Of a DNA stretch of 18,278 nucleotides, positions 14,898-18,278 are shown in pieces. Position numbers and translations under genes: made by a program. Location: NCBI GenBank assembly GCA_043753995.1, contig JAYUVP010000152.1, positions 1 through 18,278 of the forward strand. Reading direction: 5' to 3'. The notes beneath the pieces were generated by a model. That model ran no database searches. It had not been told where the DNA came from and worked only from the letters and a program-made list of their open reading frames with translations. The first letter of the stretch is position 1. Each line of letters starts with the position of its first letter. Origin of the DNA: Fibrobacterota bacterium (lineage in GTDB: Bacteria > Fibrobacterota > Fibrobacteria > UBA11236).

Positions 14898-17522
14898 ATG
14901 ACCCTGCGCCTTGCCTTTTTTATTCTCGCGTCCCTGCTGCTGATTGGCTGCCCAACCAGCGACCGTAATAACCCCACCGAATATGGAAAGCGACCGTCTG
15001 GGGTGCATATAGACACCCTGCCCGATAACCATTCCATTTGCCTCAGCCCAGCCCCGAACTTTCCTTCGACCCAAGCCTGCCAGCAAGCCAGAAAATTTCG
15101 CCTTTCCTGGGATGAACCCAGCGACACTGCCGGGCTTGTGGGCTATCGCCTTTATTTGGATTCGGTTCCTTATGGCCTTGTCGATACCGCCTCGTTTTGG
15201 AATGCCATAGTCAAGCGATCGGACTTGGCTAGCGTGATTATCCTCGGAAATAAAGGGCCCACCGACTCGCTCATTTTTGCCATAAGCGCGGACCCTAAAG
15301 GCCAAGACACTCTCGATTTGAACAATCCCCGTATTTTGCTTTTGGACACCCTTGGGAATGCCGATTTAGCCCGCAACATTTACTTCAATCTTTACCCAAT
15401 TTATGACGGAAATCACTCCGCGGGATTGCCGGGCTTCGCCATAACCAGTATCGGCGATAATGCCCCGCCAATTCCCGTGCAGCCCGATATTCTCATTTCC
15501 GATCGTGACTTCGTTTTGCATTGGGTTCGACCCGTTGACCCCACCACGATTTTTAATACCAAAGCCGATACCGGTATCATTCGCAATTATGTGTTTGAGT
15601 TAAAGCTGGTGGGGGCGTCCGCTTCCATTCGCGCCAAGCTTTTTCGTCCAACCTTGGAATACTGGGTGGCGGGTAAATCCGTTCCCATTCAGGATATCGA
15701 TTCGGTTTTTACTTCCGATGACACGCCTAAATTCGTGGGTTATTCCTTTGTCTTGCCGGATGGCGGTCATTTGCATAACCGCCCCGTCCCTCCCAATCTC
15801 GACTCGATCACATTGAAGGTTTCAAATCTGGTGCCCCAAGACACCTTGAAATTCAAGCTCACGCCAGTGGATAGCTCGGGAAATAAGCCGTCCATCAATG
15901 AAATAATCGTCATTCTTACCGATACCACCCAACCGCAAAAGCCGACCCTGATTTTGGATTCGGCGAAAGTAAGCCGAAATCGAATCGTCTTTCACTGGAT
16001 GCCGAGCAGAGACTCTTTAGCCATAGATTCTACCGGCAAACTGGGATTGGCACCCAATCCCGATCAAGGCATTCGTGAATACCGTCTCAGAACAGAAATG
16101 CTAGTCGGCACTTCTATTGCCAGCCGTCGAGATACCCTGATAGCCCAAAAACTTCCCAAGGATTCCATTTATCGTGATAGCCTTGTTCACCTCGCTCCTG
16201 GCAGCCGATATCGAATCACCTTGCTAGCTGTGGATTCGTCCAGCCACTTAAGTCAAACCGACACCCTATGGGTGACTTTGCCCGGCATTGCCTTTGCCGA
16301 TTCCGGCGATACTTTGGAATGCCCACCGGGATATATTCCTCTGCCAGGACGGCGTATGATTTTCGGGGATACCAGTGCCAACCCGGTGGCCGACGAAAAG
16401 GCGGCCCGCGATCCTGAAACCTTTAATTTCCGAACTCCTTATATCTCGTCTTTTTGTATTGAGCCGTATGAGCATAGAGACTCGGCAGGACGATTTCAAA
16501 GTGCGGTGACTTGGAGCCAGGCCGATTCGATTTGCCGACAGATTTCGGCGCAAGACTCCACTCGCCTTTGCAGCGAAGCGCAATGGGAGAGGGCTTGCAA
16601 AAGCGATGACAGCCTACCCCTCATATATGGCTTCCAAAACGACAGGGTGCAGCCCGCCTTGCTACAGAACGAATGCAATCAAGGCACCAATGACTCCTTG
16701 CCCGCCATTCAAAAGTCCCTTCGCAGCAATCGCTGCCTGACCCAGGAAGGCGTCTATGACTTGCCCGGGCAATTCTCAGAATGGGTGCTGGATGCCTATG
16801 ACCCGAACGCTCTCAGCCAATGGCCGGGCGATACCCTTCGTTATAGCTATGCCCTGCCGGCCACGGGAGACACCACCGTACATATCTTTCGCGGCGGTAA
16901 TTTTTTCAAACCCACTTTGCCTATTGGGCAAGTGCAAGCCTTGGCTCGCTGCACGAATCGCGACACTCCCAGGGAAGTACGGCCAAAATTCAAGCCCGAG
17001 TGCATTGACACCGTGCCGAAAATCCTGGTGACCTATGGCACAGAATTCAACTTGCATCGCTGCTGGCCCTTGCCGGCTTCCACCGCCGGGCGAATCATCA
17101 CGGATGTTTATCCTTTGCGGGATTCGTTACTTCTGATTTTAACCAAGGGCACGGATAAGGTTGACACCTTGCGCATTACCCAAGACTCCATCAGCAAGGG
17201 AAAGCGTGTTCAAGAGGTGAAGTTGACCTCCATCGCCATCGCCGCCGTGAATTTCGTGAATACAAATAGGTCCGATACCTTACCGGACACCTTGGATGCC
17301 AAAGAATTCAGGAATACGCCGGTAGCGGATTGGGGGAAAATCCTGAATCGTGAGGCGGGTCCCGGCTATAGCGCCACCCTAGTGAATGGAAAACCGGATG
17401 TCCGTCTGCTTTATGGTCATGCCTTTGTCAGCAGTAAGCCGGGGCGAGGCAATTATGCCAGTCGTTCCCTGGCCTTTCGTTGCTGCGCCAAGCCTCGCGA
17501 AGTCATAACGATTCCGGAATGA
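14898..17522 (+). CDS. Large lipoprotein (874 aa) with FN3-like domains and an FGE-sulfatase (SUMF1/EgtB/PvdO-type) fold domain
   Basis: Lipoprotein signal MTLRLAFFILASLLLIG-C from the ATG at 14898. Three FN3-like units (LSWDEP..GYRLY; LHWVRP..NLVPQDTLKFKLTPVDSSGN; FHWMPS..HLAPGSRYRITLLAVDS). FGE-fold motifs CPPG, FCIEPYE, VTWSQA..C, RLCSEAQWERAC, GVYDLPGQFSEWV, RGG and AFRCC. Confidence 0.85.
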   Translation: MTLRLAFFILASLLLIGCPTSDRNNPTEYGKRPSGVHIDTLPDNHSICLSPAPNFPSTQACQQARKFRLSWDEPSDTAGLVGYRLYLDSVPYGLVDTASFWNAIVKRSDLASVIILGNKGPTDSLIFAISADPKGQDTLDLNNPRILLLDTLGNADLARNIYFNLYPIYDGNHSAGLPGFAITSIGDNAPPIPVQPDILISDRDFVLHWVRPVDPTTIFNTKADTGIIRNYVFELKLVGASASIRAKLFRPTLEYWVAGKSVPIQDIDSVFTSDDTPKFVGYSFVLPDGGHLHNRPVPPNLDSITLKVSNLVPQDTLKFKLTPVDSSGNKPSINEIIVILTDTTQPQKPTLILDSAKVSRNRIVFHWMPSRDSLAIDSTGKLGLAPNPDQGIREYRLRTEMLVGTSIASRRDTLIAQKLPKDSIYRDSLVHLAPGSRYRITLLAVDSSSHLSQTDTLWVTLPGIAFADSGDTLECPPGYIPLPGRRMIFGDTSANPVADEKAARDPETFNFRTPYISSFCIEPYEHRDSAGRFQSAVTWSQADSICRQISAQDSTRLCSEAQWERACKSDDSLPLIYGFQNDRVQPALLQNECNQGTNDSLPAIQKSLRSNRCLTQEGVYDLPGQFSEWVLDAYDPNALSQWPGDTLRYSYALPATGDTTVHIFRGGNFFKPTLPIGQVQALARCTNRDTPREVRPKFKPECIDTVPKILVTYGTEFNLHRCWPLPASTAGRIITDVYPLRDSLLLILTKGTDKVDTLRITQDSISKGKRVQEVKLTSIAIAAVNFVNTNRSDTLPDTLDAKEFRNTPVADWGKILNREAGPGYSATLVNGKPDVRLLYGHAFVSSKPGRGNYASRSLAFRCCAKPREVITIPE

Positions 17523-17577
17523 GTCGTCGCCCCAGCTTTAACCCAAGCTGAACCGAGTGCGCACCGTCTCTGGTCCC

Positions 17578-18278
17578 CTATTCCGTTTGCGCGGCCTTCC
17601 AAATCTTGCGCCCCAGGGAAGGCACTAAGACCTCAGGTAATTCGGTGGCGGGCACCCAGCGGCGCCCAGCTTTTTCCTTGGCTCCATTCCTGCCTAAATT
17701 CGCCTCTGCCACGGCGACCGCCAATCGAATGCGGTGAACGGTAATGGCATGGGTCACGCGCTTTTTCACAATGTCAATATCGCTTATTTGCAGATCCGGA
17801 AAGGCCAAATTTACCGCGCGGGATAGGGCTTTTTTTTCGGTGGGAGCCTCCCATAAAATGGGCAAGGAAAAGTGCTCGTGCAATAATTCTCCGGTTGCCG
17901 GCTGGGTAAGCAATATTTTTTCCTTGGCGCGTATCACCAAGGCCACGCCGGATTTCACTACGGTTCTGGCCTTGGCCTTGGGAGGAGGCAAGGACTCGAT
18001 GGCATTTAGCCGCTTAGCCCGACAAGTCGACGCCAATGGACATTTTTCGCATTGGGGTTGGCGAGGCTTACAAACCAGGGCGCCTAATTCCATGAGCGCT
18101 TCATTGGTCTTTTCCGGAGAGTCGCCGTTCACCCATTCCTTGGCGGTTTGCCAATAGACCGTGCGGCCCTCCCCCACCTCGGCCAAAAAGTCCAAACCGT
18201 GATAGCGGGAAAAAACGCGACTCACATTGCCGTCAAGTAGAGCCTCACTCTGGCCAAAGGCCAAACTTAAAATCGCGC
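17578..18278 (-). CDS. mutY: A/G-specific adenine glycosylase MutY, C-terminal part (5' end outside the window)
   Basis: The frame is open to the window edge: AILSLAFG..LLDGNVSRV, NEALMELGALVC, 4Fe-4S motif CKPRQPQCEKCPLASTC and a NUDIX-like C-terminal domain (VTHAITVH). Confidence 0.93.
   Translation of the reverse strand, partial: AILSLAFGQSEALLDGNVSRVFSRYHGLDFLAEVGEGRTVYWQTAKEWVNGDSPEKTNEALMELGALVCKPRQPQCEKCPLASTCRAKRLNAIESLPPPKAKARTVVKSGVALVIRAKEKILLTQPATGELLHEHFSLPILWEAPTEKKALSRAVNLAFPDLQISDIDIVKKRVTHAITVHRIRLAVAVAEANLGRNGAKEKAGRRWVPATELPEVLVPSLGRKIWKAAQTE

Noticed and set aside
16317..17522. Diversity-generating retroelement target
   Set aside because: The fold is compatible, but no template repeat, reverse transcriptase or Avd-like gene is visible in the window.

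Overview
Gene-dense, moderately GC-rich bacterial chromosomal window made mostly of housekeeping and envelope genes. An FCB-group (Fibrobacterota-like) origin is an impression only and is not demonstrated. In order: partial CNNM/hemolysin-type membrane gene (-), ybeY (-), a small hypothetical gene (-), mqnE, a 3-hydroxyacid dehydrogenase-family gene, an LTA-synthase/sulfatase-family membrane enzyme, convergent tRNA-Ala(GGC) and tRNA-Gly(CCC), then ndk, a gamma-carbonic-anhydrase-family gene, a SanA/YdcF gene and a diacylglycerol kinase. After these come a GDPD and glpD (-), a SurA/PrsA-like parvulin, a membrane Hanks-type kinase, rplU, rpmA, an FN3 + FGE-sulfatase-fold lipoprotein and the 3' part of mutY (-). 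No mobile element, CRISPR array or long repeat was seen. The most notable points are: a DAG kinase with eukaryote-type motifs; a possible phosphoglycerol-transfer/DAG-recycling gene set; an LtaS-like enzyme carrying a MopE-type acidic Cys motif; a kinase with altered catalytic-loop and APE motifs; an FGE/CLec-fold domain split by a ~155-aa insertion; and candidate leaderless promoters. All family calls rest on motif recognition by eye, not on database searches.
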